From positions 64,001 to 128,000 of the forward strand of contig CAWKNZ010000007.1 in NCBI GenBank assembly GCA_963851265.1: a stretch of DNA of 64,000 nt, given 5' to 3'. Positions 37,212-46,845 of the stretch are shown one piece after another. The DNA is from an uncultured Gemmatimonadales bacterium (GTDB taxonomy: Bacteria > Gemmatimonadota > Gemmatimonadetes > Gemmatimonadales > Gemmatimonadaceae). The position numbers and the translations under genes were made by a program. The notes beneath the pieces were generated by a model, which did not search any database, was not told the DNA's origin, and worked only from the letters and a program-made list of their open reading frames with translations. The first letter of the stretch is position 1. Each line of letters opens with the position of its first letter.

Positions 37212-38741
37212 ATGCGGCCGCGCGAACAGGGTCAGCGGGACGCGACCTCGCGCACGCTGCTGTCGATCGGTGCGGTCCAAGTGCTCGTTATGCTGGTGGC
37301 CCTCGTCCGTTCGAAGGTGCTCTCAACGCTCCTCGGACCCGCCAGCTTCGGCGTCGTGAGCACGATCGATCAGACGGTGCTCACGCTTGTCAGCCTCGGC
37401 GCGTTGAGCCTGCCGTTCACGGCGCTCAAGTTCATGGCGCGCGGCCATAGCGAGAGCCCCGACGCCTTCCGCGAGAGCTACGCGAGCTTCTTTCGCACCC
37501 TCACGATGCTCGCGGCGCTGACCGTCGCCGTCGTGCTCCTTCTACTCCGCTTTCGCCCGGGCACGTTCGGCCAGGACATGGCCCCGTACCGGACCGCGCT
37601 CGCGATTGCGACGCTCGGCGTGCCCGCGGCGATGCTCAACGTCCTCTTCGTCAACACACTTGCCGCCGCGCAGGCGCCAGCGACGAGCGCGATCACCGGT
37701 CTGCTCGTCACCGGCGGTCTGGCGCTTGGCGCAATTGTCGGCGAGGTCGCCAACGGCATCGAGGGGCTGTACGCGGGCACCATCGCGGCCGGCGTCGTCA
37801 CGACCACCGGGACGCTGCTAGTACTCCGCCGGCGTCTCGGTCTCCGTCCCGCGGGACCAGCCGTGAGCCTCGTGCGCGAGCTTCGGCGCAACCCGGAGAT
37901 CGTCTCGTACTCGGTGCTGATCTACGGCGCGATGGCCGCCTACTCGCTCGCGATGCTCGCGACGCGCTATTTCGTGTTCTCGGGGCTCGGCGCAGTACAG
38001 GCGGGTCTGTTGCAGGCGCTCCTCAGCCTCGCGCTGACGGTCGGTGCCGTCATGGCGCCGATGAGCAATCTGTTTCTCACGCCGCTCGTGAATCGGTCCA
38101 TCCCGATGGACCGCAAGGTCGCCGCGGCCGATGACTTCGCGGCGAAGATGGCGGTCCTGCTCCTGTGTGCGGCTCTACCGATCGTGCTCTTCCCAACCTG
38201 CGTGATCGGCGCGTTGTACTCGAACCGCTTCGCCGCCGCTGGTCGCGTGCTCTTCGTGTTCATCTTCTGGCAGTGCTTGTACCAGATCGCGAACGTGTAC
38301 CTGCAGTTGTTGATCGGCCTCGACGACGTCGCGTTCACGTGCGCGGTCGCCGGCATCACGTATGGCGTTAGCGCCGCGCTGCTCCCGGTGCTCCTGCCGC
38401 GCCTTGGCCTCGGTGGCGCGGGTGTCGCGCTCGCCATCGGGATCGGCATCGGCGCCGCATGTGCGGGTGTGCGACTGCACCGAAAGTTTGGCTGCCGCCC
38501 GTCGCGCGCGCCCCTCGCCCGCGCTGCCTGCACGCTCGGCGCGATCGCGCTTGCCGGCTACGTGTTTCGGGATCTGCCCGGCGAGCGCACGGCCGTTGGC
38601 GTCGCCACCCGTCTGAGCTATGCGTTCGCGGCCATCACCGTCATGTGGACGCTGCTCGGGCCGACGGAACGCGCCCTCGTCACCGCGAGCGCGGCGCGTC
38701 TCTGGAGCGGCCGGCGTCGTGTACGGCCGAGTCCCTCCTGA
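37212..38741 (+). CDS. wzx: Wzx-type oligosaccharide flippase (MOP superfamily)
   Basis: About 12-14 TMs; N-terminal RSKVLSTLLGPASFG; LYSNRF..A. Confidence 0.82.
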   Translation: MRPREQGQRDATSRTLLSIGAVQVLVMLVALVRSKVLSTLLGPASFGVVSTIDQTVLTLVSLGALSLPFTALKFMARGHSESPDAFRESYASFFRTLTMLAALTVAVVLLLLRFRPGTFGQDMAPYRTALAIATLGVPAAMLNVLFVNTLAAAQAPATSAITGLLVTGGLALGAIVGEVANGIEGLYAGTIAAGVVTTTGTLLVLRRRLGLRPAGPAVSLVRELRRNPEIVSYSVLIYGAMAAYSLAMLATRYFVFSGLGAVQAGLLQALLSLALTVGAVMAPMSNLFLTPLVNRSIPMDRKVAAADDFAAKMAVLLLCAALPIVLFPTCVIGALYSNRFAAAGRVLFVFIFWQCLYQIANVYLQLLIGLDDVAFTCAVAGITYGVSAALLPVLLPRLGLGGAGVALAIGIGIGAACAGVRLHRKFGCRPSRAPLARAACTLGAIALAGYVFRDLPGERTAVGVATRLSYAFAAITVMWTLLGPTERALVTASAARLWSGRRRVRPSPS

Positions 38742-38818
38742 ACCGTCTACCGGCCGCGTCCGCGCGCGTGCCGCCCGGTCACTCCCGTTCGCATGCACAT
38801 CGAGGTGCGTTGCACCAC

Positions 38819-39616
38819 ATGAGCCAGGACCCCGCATACGCGTTCGAGCGCAGGAATCCGATTCACGAAACGCGGGACACCAAGGGCGTCCTGAATCGCC
38901 TGCGGCCACCGCACTGGCTGCGCTACAACGACAGGCGCGTCCAGACGCGAACCGTGCGCGTGCTCGCACCATTCCTCGCCGACATCGCACGACCGATCGT
39001 CGTTGTCATCGGGGTCGGGGAGGGTGGAATCTATCGTTGGCTGTGGCGTGGTCCGGACGTGCTGCGCATCGGGGTCGACGTCAATCACGAAGTGATGACG
39101 CAGGCGTTGGCCGCGGCCGGGCGCGATCACTTCGCGCCCGTCGAAGGCGATGCCCTCCACCTTCCGTTCGGCGATGCCGCGGTGGACGTCGTCGTCTACG
39201 ATTTCGTGCTGCACCACCTCGTGGCCCAGGCGCCGCTCGAGGACGTCCTCGCCGAAGGCGCACGCGTGCTCCGCCCTGGCGGGTTGATCATCTCCCGCGA
39301 GCCCTCGAGTTACTCGCCGAGCGGCCTGGCCTTGAATGCGCTCAACCGCTTCGGTCTCATGCACGACCTCACGGGCGCCTCGAGCCAGGAGTTCGCACTG
39401 TCACCACCGCAGCTCATTCGCATGTTCGAGCGGCACGGCGCCGTACTGGCGGTGGAGGGCCTGACGTACCTATTCGCGCACCGGCTGCCCCCGCGGGTGC
39501 AGGACGTCATCACGCGATCCGAGCCGTACCTGTTCCGTGGTCCGCGCAGCCGCTGGTTCGCCGACTTTCTGCTCTACGCGGTGCGCAAGACGCCGAGCGC
39601 TGCCCCAGCTGGCTGA
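38819..39616 (+). CDS. Class I SAM-dependent methyltransferase
   Basis: IGVGEG, GDALHLPFGD, VLHH, RVLRPGG, EP. Confidence 0.88.
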   Translation: MSQDPAYAFERRNPIHETRDTKGVLNRLRPPHWLRYNDRRVQTRTVRVLAPFLADIARPIVVVIGVGEGGIYRWLWRGPDVLRIGVDVNHEVMTQALAAAGRDHFAPVEGDALHLPFGDAAVDVVVYDFVLHHLVAQAPLEDVLAEGARVLRPGGLIISREPSSYSPSGLALNALNRFGLMHDLTGASSQEFALSPPQLIRMFERHGAVLAVEGLTYLFAHRLPPRVQDVITRSEPYLFRGPRSRWFADFLLYAVRKTPSAAPAG

Positions 39617-39624
39617 CCCGACGC

Positions 39625-40254
39625 TCATGCCGCGGAAGCCGCGGTAGTCTCGTGTGCGGTGTCCTCGGCGGCCGCGGGCACGCGCTTGATGAAGCGCGCC
39701 GGCCATCCGCCCCAGATCTGGTCCGGCGGCACGTCCCGGTGCACGACGCTGCCGGCGGCGATCACCGAGTTGTTGCCGATGTGGACACCGGGGAGGACAA
39801 TGCACCCGGCGCCGACCCACACGTTGTCACCGATGTCGATGCCGACCGTGTCTTCGTCCCATGATGTGTTCATCATCGGGATGCCCTGCAGGATGCGGTG
39901 GTTTGCGGCGACGAGTACGCAGTTCTGCGCCACGCCGGAGCCATGGCCGATGCGAATCGTCCCGCCTGCCGCGCGGATGTTGGCGCCGGTCGAGATGGTC
40001 GCGCGATCGCCGAGGATCAGCCGCCCCTCGTGCCGGCTGTGAGGAGAACGCTTGTACACGAGGATCTCCGAGTACGCGCGCACCGCGACGTTCGCACCGA
40101 TCTCGATGGCGTCGAGGTCGTGGAAGCCATAGTCCCAGATCGCGGTCGGGTCGCACCACAGCGTGGGATTGTGCGCGCACACGCGGTGGCGGAGGATCTT
40201 GCGTGTCGCGCGCACGCGCAGGTGGCTGGTCGCGATGCGGAGGTGCGTCAGCAT
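39625..40254 (-). CDS. Hexapeptide-repeat (LbH) O-acyltransferase
   Basis: AANH, IGDNVWVGAGCIVLPGVHIGNNSVIAAGSVV, GWPARFIK. Confidence 0.9.
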   Translation of the reverse strand: MLTHLRIATSHLRVRATRKILRHRVCAHNPTLWCDPTAIWDYGFHDLDAIEIGANVAVRAYSEILVYKRSPHSRHEGRLILGDRATISTGANIRAAGGTIRIGHGSGVAQNCVLVAANHRILQGIPMMNTSWDEDTVGIDIGDNVWVGAGCIVLPGVHIGNNSVIAAGSVVHRDVPPDQIWGGWPARFIKRVPAAAEDTAHETTAASAA

Positions 40255-41243
40255 GGCACCACGGCCGGAGGCTGTGCGCGCGACCACGCCACCGTGCGCG
40301 CGAGCCCGTCTGGGAGCGATGTGCGCGCCCGCCACCCGAGCAGGACATACGCACGCTCCGTGGTCGTCACGAGGTGATCGAGATCCCGCGCGCGAGTCTG
40401 CCGCGCGTCCAGCGCCAGACGCCCGTATCCCGTAAGGCGCACGATCGCGTCCGCGACGTCGCGAATCGCGTGTTCCTCGCCGGTGCCGACGTTGATGACT
40501 GCGCCGGCGAGGCCCGGCCGGGTCGCTGCGCGGAAGAGTGCGTCGATCATGTCGTCGATGTAGAGGAGGTCGCGCCGTTGCGTTCCGTGCGTCATCGCGA
40601 ACGTCTCGCCGCGGACGCACGCGGCGATCAGGGCGGGGATGAAAAACTCCTCGTCCTGGTCCGGCCCGTAGACGAGCGCCGGCCGGAGCGTCACGACGGC
40701 GAAGGGCAGCTGCGGTTGCAGGGCCTGGCAGTAATGTGTGGTCGCGACCTGGCTCGCCGAGTACGGTGAGATCGGTCGCTCGCGTGCGTCTTCGGTGAAT
40801 GGGATCGGGGCGGTGCCGTACTCCTCCAAGCCGCCGAGCCGCACAACGGTTTCGACGGGTCCCCCGGATTCAGCTGCGGCGCGTAGGACGTTCAGCGTAC
40901 CGCTGAGATGCACAGCAACGCTCCGCTCGACGGCGTCCCACGCGCCGGCCGCGCGGCGGCCGCTCGTGTCGCCGGCGAGGTGCAGCACCACGTGCGGGCT
41001 CGCGCCACGGACGCAGGCGTGCACGGCGCGCGCATCGGTCACGTCGCCCGGCCATCGCGTGACGGACCGGTCGTCGCTTAACGCATCGAGCCGGCGGGCG
41101 ACCGTGCCGCGTCGCACGAGCGCGTGCACGTCGGCGCCGAGCGCGAGCAGCCCGCGTACCGCGTGCGACCCGATGAACCCCGACGCGCCGGTGACGAGCA
41201 CACGGCGGTTGCGGAACTCGATGGAGGGCTCGTCAGCTGACAA
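40248..41243 (-). CDS. NAD-dependent sugar reductase/epimerase (possible CDP-deoxysugar 4-ketoreductase)
   Basis: TGASGFIG, EEYG, PYSASQ (Lys of YxxxK replaced by Gln), QRRDLLY; start uncertain (TTG). Confidence 0.8.
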   Translation of the reverse strand: MSADEPSIEFRNRRVLVTGASGFIGSHAVRGLLALGADVHALVRRGTVARRLDALSDDRSVTRWPGDVTDARAVHACVRGASPHVVLHLAGDTSGRRAAGAWDAVERSVAVHLSGTLNVLRAAAESGGPVETVVRLGGLEEYGTAPIPFTEDARERPISPYSASQVATTHYCQALQPQLPFAVVTLRPALVYGPDQDEEFFIPALIAACVRGETFAMTHGTQRRDLLYIDDMIDALFRAATRPGLAGAVINVGTGEEHAIRDVADAIVRLTGYGRLALDARQTRARDLDHLVTTTERAYVLLGWRARTSLPDGLARTVAWSRAQPPAVVPC

Positions 41244-42471
41244 CCCGGGGCTCCGGGATCGGCAGGATGAACTGGCCACCGCGCAGGCGGTACTCCTCCT
41301 GCTGCTGCATGATCTCGTCGCCGAAGTTCCACGCCAGGATCAGCAGGTAGTCGGGTGCGTCCTCGAGGACGCGCTCGGCCGGTACGACCGGGATGTGCAT
41401 GCCCGGCGAGTACTTCCCATGTTTCAGCGTGTTGCGGTCGGCGAGGAAGTCGAGCAGATCCGGACCGATACCGTAATAGTTGAGCAGGGTGTTGCCCTTC
41501 GCTGGCGCGCCGTAGCCTGCGAGGCGCTTGCCACGCGCCTTGAGGCCGCGCAACGTCGTCACGAGCTCGTCGCGGATGCCGTGCACGCGCGCCGCGAGGT
41601 CATCGTACGTGCGGCGCTCGAACAGCCCGCGCTCGCGCTCGCGATCCAGCCACGCCTGTACCACCGGAACCTCTGCCCCGTCGGCGGTCGCCGCGCGGCG
41701 CTGCGCCACCACGCGCATCGAGCCACCGTGGATGGGCAACACCTGGACGTCGACGATCCGCATTCCGAAGAACCGGTACAGCGCCGCGAGCGACGTAACA
41801 CTGAACGTGGACAGGTGCTCGTGGTAGACCGTGTCGAACTCGTTCTGCTCGACGAGCGCCAGCGCCTGTGGCACCTCGACGATGAAGCGCCCGTCTGGCG
41901 CGAGTAGCGTGTCGACGCCGCGCATGAATCCGTGCAGGTCGTCGATGTGATTGAACGTGTTGCTCGTCGTGATCACGGCCGCCGGCCCATGCCGCGCCCG
42001 GAGCTCGCGGGCCGTGTCGGCCGTGAAGTAGAGGTTCTCGACTTCCAGCCCCTTCGCACGCGCGAGCGCGGCGATGTTCGCGGCGGGCTCGACGCCTAAC
42101 GTATCGAGTCCGCCCGCCTTACACGCGGCGAGGAGCAGGCCGTCGTTGCACCCGATGTCGACGACCAGCTCACCCGGTGCGCGCGCGAATCGGTCGCGGA
42201 TCTGCCCGGCGAACGCGCTGAAATGCGCCAGCATCGTGTCGCTGGCCGATGGCACGTACACGTAGTCCTGGAAGAAGTCGGCCGGCAGCTGGTCCGCGAC
42301 CTCGATGACCGCGCAGTCGAGGCAGACCTGACAGTCGAGCGGGAACACGGCCTCCGGCCTCGTCAGCTGTGCCTCGGTCAGGAACGCGTTCGCGGGCGGG
42401 TGATCGCCCAGCGGCAGGAATGTGTACAGGTTGTCGCTGGTACACGCGCGGCAGACTGTCATCGGCGCCAT
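41233..42471 (-). CDS. NDP-hexose C-methyltransferase (TylCIII/EryBIII/NovU family)
   Basis: N-terminal CRAC and CLDC zinc site, DIGCNDG, FDTVYHEH, HGGS, GYGAPAKGNTLL, KHGKYSPG, LAWNF. Confidence 0.92.
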   Translation of the reverse strand: MAPMTVCRACTSDNLYTFLPLGDHPPANAFLTEAQLTRPEAVFPLDCQVCLDCAVIEVADQLPADFFQDYVYVPSASDTMLAHFSAFAGQIRDRFARAPGELVVDIGCNDGLLLAACKAGGLDTLGVEPAANIAALARAKGLEVENLYFTADTARELRARHGPAAVITTSNTFNHIDDLHGFMRGVDTLLAPDGRFIVEVPQALALVEQNEFDTVYHEHLSTFSVTSLAALYRFFGMRIVDVQVLPIHGGSMRVVAQRRAATADGAEVPVVQAWLDRERERGLFERRTYDDLAARVHGIRDELVTTLRGLKARGKRLAGYGAPAKGNTLLNYYGIGPDLLDFLADRNTLKHGKYSPGMHIPVVPAERVLEDAPDYLLILAWNFGDEIMQQQEEYRLRGGQFILPIPEPRVVS

Positions 42472-42500
42472 GGGTATGCCGTCCGGATCTGGGGGAGGGG

Positions 42501-43628
42501 TCAGTGGGCCGCCACCTGGCGGACCACGTCCAGCGTCTGTCGCGTCGTCCGCTGCCACCGTAGCGTGGCGGCACGGGCGAGTGCACGCTGCACGAGATCC
42601 GCGCGGAGCGCGCTGTCCGTGAGCACGCGGCCGATCGCGTCCGCGAGAGATTCCACGGTTGGCGTGTCAAGCGTGAGCGCGTGGCCTGCGGCCAGCTCAC
42701 CGAGGCCGCCGCGGTTGGTCGCGACGACAGGCGTGCCGCATGCCATCGCTTCCACGGTGGTCATCGACCACCCCTCGTACGTCGACGGGTGGACGAATAC
42801 GTCGGCCGCGCTGTAGATCGGGACCAGCTCGCGGTGGTCGACGATCTGGCCGTCCGTCTGTACGACGTCGCCCGTAATGCCCAGCTCCTCACAGATCGCG
42901 CGGAGCGGCAGCTGATCCGGATTCGGCCCGAACAGCAAGAGTCCATGCGGGATGTGCATCTCGTGGCGAAGGCGTGCGAACGCCTGCAGCAGCATGGGAA
43001 TGTTTCGGCGCGTCGAGGACTTCCCCGCGAACAGCAGGTACGGACGGTTCCCGCCGAAATGCGTGTGTCGCACGGCTGCGAGGGTCTGTGCGTCGTGAAT
43101 CGGTTGGAAACAGTCGTCCGCTCCTTGGAGCACGACGACCATGCGTTCGGCTGGAATCCCCCAAGTGCGCGCGATATCGCCCTTCGTCGACTCCGACGCG
43201 ACGATGACTGCATCGGCGCGTTCGGCGCTGTGCCTGTACAGTCGGCCGTACGTGTGCGGATACCACCACGCGTGCGCGCCCGACTGGATCTCGTTGATGC
43301 TGTGCGTGGCGACGACGAGCGGACCCCGGTACGCCAGGGGGGCCGTGTACGCAGGGCAGAACAGGACGTCGAGGCGTCCGGCCTGACGACGTAACGCCAC
43401 GTTCTCCCACGGAATTCCCGAGATGTCGGGCGCGAGCACCGTTTCGCGAACAGCGGTCGACAAGCCCAGATACGCACGGCTCGACGCGTCGAGCGGACGC
43501 CGGACGAAGAGGTTCAACTCGTCGGTCTCATCGAGCATGCCGCTCCAGTAGCGCAGCATGTACTCGATGTAACGCCCCACGCCGAGTCGCTGGCCCGCGA
43601 GGCGATGTCCGTTGAATCCGATGCGCAC
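42501..43628 (-). CDS. GT4 glycosyltransferase
   Basis: GVGRYI, EGWSMTTVEAMACGTPVV. Confidence 0.9.
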   Translation of the reverse strand: MRIGFNGHRLAGQRLGVGRYIEYMLRYWSGMLDETDELNLFVRRPLDASSRAYLGLSTAVRETVLAPDISGIPWENVALRRQAGRLDVLFCPAYTAPLAYRGPLVVATHSINEIQSGAHAWWYPHTYGRLYRHSAERADAVIVASESTKGDIARTWGIPAERMVVVLQGADDCFQPIHDAQTLAAVRHTHFGGNRPYLLFAGKSSTRRNIPMLLQAFARLRHEMHIPHGLLLFGPNPDQLPLRAICEELGITGDVVQTDGQIVDHRELVPIYSAADVFVHPSTYEGWSMTTVEAMACGTPVVATNRGGLGELAAGHALTLDTPTVESLADAIGRVLTDSALRADLVQRALARAATLRWQRTTRQTLDVVRQVAAH

Positions 43629-43646
43629 GTCGGTGGGCCGGGAGCG

Positions 43647-44903
43647 TCAGCGATACTGCCCGGCGAACGCGCGGACCTGCTCGTGCACGTAGTCGAGCTG
43701 GAGTTCACTCAAGCCATGATGGCAGGCGAGCAGCATTCCACCGCGCATCACGCGGTCCGCATTCGGATAGCCGTCCGGCGACTCGTGCCGCATGATGCCG
43801 GCGAATCCTGGTTGGCGCAGGATGTTGCCCGTGAACACCGTGCGGGTCTGGATCCCACGTCGTTCGAGAAAGATCTGCAGGTCGCGGCGGATGAATGGCG
43901 CGTCGTCTCGCACGATGAGGGGGAACGCGAGCCAGCCGGTCGACGATGCCTCGGCCTGTCGCGGAAGCACGAACCACTCCTCGTATTCGGCGAAGAACGC
44001 GCGCTGCCGCGCAAAATTGCGGGCGCGCGTCTCGACGTTCCCGGCGAGCCGGTCGAGCTGCACGAGCCCGAACGCGGCGCCGATCTCCGACGGCTCCATG
44101 TTGTAGCCGACGCGCGAGAACACGAATTTCGCGTCGTATGGAATTCCACCCACGTCGACGTTGAAGCGATTCTCGACCCGCTCGGAATCCACGAACAGCG
44201 ACGAGCTACGACCCCAGCTCCGCAGCAGGCGCGCCTCCTCGTTCCACTCCTCCCGATTCACGCACAGCATGCCGCCGTTTCCGGCGCAGTTGATGACATG
44301 CGATCCGTAGAAGCTCGTCGTGCTGATGTCGGAGCGCGTGCCGGTACTCGTGCCGCGGAGGGTCGCGCCTAACGTGTCGGCGGAGTCCTCGATCACGTAC
44401 AGGTCGCGCGCCCGCGCGATCTCGGCGATGCGGTCCCAATCCGGCAGGTTGCCGATGAGCGAAGGAACCATCACCGCCCGCGTTCTCGGGGTGAGTGCCG
44501 CCTCGACCTGGTCGACATCGATGTTGAACGTGTCGGGCTCGACGTCCACGAAGGCGGGCACCAACCCATTCTTGACGAGCGGGGCCACCGTCGTGGCGAA
44601 GGTGAGCGCCGGCGTCACCACCTCGGCTCCGGCCGGCAAGCCGAGTAGCTCGACCGCGAGGTAGTTCGCACTCGAGCCAGAGTTCACCATCACGCCATGC
44701 CGTTTCGCGAACAGCGCCGCGATGCGCGCCTCGAACGCGCGCACGCGCGGGCCCATCTGCGTCGACGTGCGCAGCACCTCGAGCACGGCTGCGATCTCCT
44801 CCTCGCCATGTACGGTCTGGCCGTACGGCACGCGCAGCATCTCGGCGGGCGGCGACATATCGATCCTGAGACTGTTCGTGGCGCTGCTCGTAGCGTTGGT
44901 CAT
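43647..44903 (-). CDS. DegT-family PMP-dependent NDP-sugar 3-dehydratase-like (RfbH/ColD-type, His in place of PLP Lys)
   Basis: NSGSSAN, EDSADTLG, SFYGSHVI (His), RSWGR, TRTVFTGNILRQP. Confidence 0.8.
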   Translation of the reverse strand: MTNATSSATNSLRIDMSPPAEMLRVPYGQTVHGEEEIAAVLEVLRTSTQMGPRVRAFEARIAALFAKRHGVMVNSGSSANYLAVELLGLPAGAEVVTPALTFATTVAPLVKNGLVPAFVDVEPDTFNIDVDQVEAALTPRTRAVMVPSLIGNLPDWDRIAEIARARDLYVIEDSADTLGATLRGTSTGTRSDISTTSFYGSHVINCAGNGGMLCVNREEWNEEARLLRSWGRSSSLFVDSERVENRFNVDVGGIPYDAKFVFSRVGYNMEPSEIGAAFGLVQLDRLAGNVETRARNFARQRAFFAEYEEWFVLPRQAEASSTGWLAFPLIVRDDAPFIRRDLQIFLERRGIQTRTVFTGNILRQPGFAGIMRHESPDGYPNADRVMRGGMLLACHHGLSELQLDYVHEQVRAFAGQYR

Positions 44904-45991
44904 GGCGTCGGGTCTGCGCCGTCGACGCGGCGCTCGTAGGCAAGCAGTTGCTCGCGGACCAGCGCTCCAGCCCGCGATGGATCGTCGTAGAACGCACGGT
45001 ACCAGCCGACCGTCAGGTCGACCGTCTCGCGCAACGTCAGCGCCGAGCGCCAGTCGAGGCGCGTGGCGGCCTTCGCGGAGTCGAGCACCAGTAGCTGTGC
45101 CTCTTGCGGTCCACCGACCTCCGGCGCGAAATCGGCCGCCACCCGGTCCCACGCGACGGCCATCCGCTGCACCACGTCGCGGACCGGCACCGCACCGTCC
45201 GCGTCGGGCCCGAAGTTCCACGCCTCCGCGAACCGCTGACCGCACTCGACCAGCGCGCGGCCTAACAGCAGATACCCACGCAATGGCTCGAGGACGAACT
45301 GCCACGGCCGAACGGCGTCGGGGCACCGAACGGGCGTGCGCTCGCCCGTCGTCGCACCACGCATGAGGTCGGGCACGAGGCGATCGGTCGCCCAGTCACC
45401 GCCGCCGATCACGTTGCCGGCGCGCGCAGAGGCGACCGCCGCCGCCGCCGAGTCGAGAAACGACCGGCGCATCGCCGTCGTGACCAACTCCGCGCACCCC
45501 TTGCTCGAACTGTACGGGTCGTGCCCGCCGACGGCGTCATCCTCGCAGTAACCGCGGGGCAGGGCACGATTGTCATAGCACTTGTCGCTCGTCACGACTA
45601 CCACGGCGCGGACGGTCCCGACGGGCCGCACGGCGTTCAGGAGGTGCACGGTTCCCATCACGTTCGTCGCGTACGTCGCGACGGGATCGGCGTACGAGCG
45701 CCGAACGAGCGACTGCGCCGCGAGGTGGAACACCAACTCCGGCGCCGCCGCACGCAGCGCGCCGGCGAGCGCGGCTTCGTCCCGCACGTCAGCGAAGATC
45801 GACTGTACCCCGTCGCCGATCGCGGCCGCCTCGAACAGGCTCTCTCGGCCCCGCTCGGGCGGAAGCGCGTAGCCGACGACCGTCGCACCCACGTCGCGCA
45901 ACCACGCGGTCAGCCACGCACCCTTGAACCCAGTGTGGCCGGTGACGAGCACGCGCCGGCCGCGATACCACTCGCGCAGCGCGCCGTTCAC
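44900..45991 (-). CDS. rfbG: CDP-glucose 4,6-dehydratase
   Basis: VTGHTGFKGAWL, HLAAQSLVR, TSDKCY, DPYSSSKG, RAGNVIGGGD, RPWQ, WNFGP. Confidence 0.96.
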   Translation of the reverse strand: MNGALREWYRGRRVLVTGHTGFKGAWLTAWLRDVGATVVGYALPPERGRESLFEAAAIGDGVQSIFADVRDEAALAGALRAAAPELVFHLAAQSLVRRSYADPVATYATNVMGTVHLLNAVRPVGTVRAVVVVTSDKCYDNRALPRGYCEDDAVGGHDPYSSSKGCAELVTTAMRRSFLDSAAAAVASARAGNVIGGGDWATDRLVPDLMRGATTGERTPVRCPDAVRPWQFVLEPLRGYLLLGRALVECGQRFAEAWNFGPDADGAVPVRDVVQRMAVAWDRVAADFAPEVGGPQEAQLLVLDSAKAATRLDWRSALTLRETVDLTVGWYRAFYDDPSRAGALVREQLLAYERRVDGADPTP

Positions 45992-46758
45992 GGCGGGCAC
46001 ATCCAGGGAGGATTGCCGCTACGCCATAGCTCCTCGAGCAGTTGCTTCTCACGCAGCGTGTCCATCGGCTGGAAGAACCCGTCGTGCCGGTACGCCATGA
46101 GTTCTCCGTCGGCCGCGATCCTGTCCAACGCGTCGCGTTCGAGCGAGGTCTCGGGACCGTCGAGGTAGTCGAGCACGCCGGGCTCGAAGACAAAGAATCC
46201 GCCGTTGATCCACCCGATGTTCGTTTGCGGCTTCTCCGAAAACTTGCGGACGGCGCACCCGTCCAGTTCAAGCGCGCCAAAACGCGCGGGTGGGTGGACC
46301 GCGGTCACCGTCGCCAGACGCCCGTGCGACTTGTGGAACGCGACCACCTGGTCGATGGGTACGTCGCTCAGCCCATCGCCGTACGCGACGAGGAACGTCT
46401 CATCGCTCAGCATGTGCCGCAGGCAGAGCAGTCGCCCGCCGGTCAGAGTCTCCGCCCCGGTGTCGATGCAGTGGACCCGCCAGTCGGGCGCCCGTTGGCT
46501 CACCACCGTGCGCTCGCCGTTGCGCAGATCCACCATCCAGTCCGAGTGGTGGTGGAAGAAGTCGCTGAAGTACTGCTTGATGACTTCGCCCTTGTAGCCA
46601 CACGCGACCACGAACTCGCGGTAGCCGCGGGACGCATAGATCGACATCACGTGCCAGAGCATCGGGTGACCGCCGATCTCCACCATCGGTTTCGGTCGGA
46701 CGCTCGTCTCTTCGGCCAGCCGGGTTCCGAGGCCCCCGGCGAGGATGACAGTCTTCAT
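45988..46758 (-). CDS. rfbF: Glucose-1-phosphate cytidylyltransferase
   Basis: ILAGGLGTRLAEET..PKPMVEIG, TGGRL, YGDG, INGGFFV, MDTLRE. Confidence 0.96.
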   Translation of the reverse strand: MKTVILAGGLGTRLAEETSVRPKPMVEIGGHPMLWHVMSIYASRGYREFVVACGYKGEVIKQYFSDFFHHHSDWMVDLRNGERTVVSQRAPDWRVHCIDTGAETLTGGRLLCLRHMLSDETFLVAYGDGLSDVPIDQVVAFHKSHGRLATVTAVHPPARFGALELDGCAVRKFSEKPQTNIGWINGGFFVFEPGVLDYLDGPETSLERDALDRIAADGELMAYRHDGFFQPMDTLREKQLLEELWRSGNPPWMCPP

Positions 46759-46845
46759 GGCGTCACCGCATACGCAGAAAGGCGAACATGCCGACGACGG
46801 GCGCGGATGAACCCGCAGCGTGGACAGATGGCCCGACGTGGCGCG

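Noticed and set aside
34342..37213. 678-aa and 649-aa ORFs as large fusion proteins
   Set aside because: Their N-terminal extensions overlap other genes in a different frame or strand; the real GT2 genes are about 310 aa each
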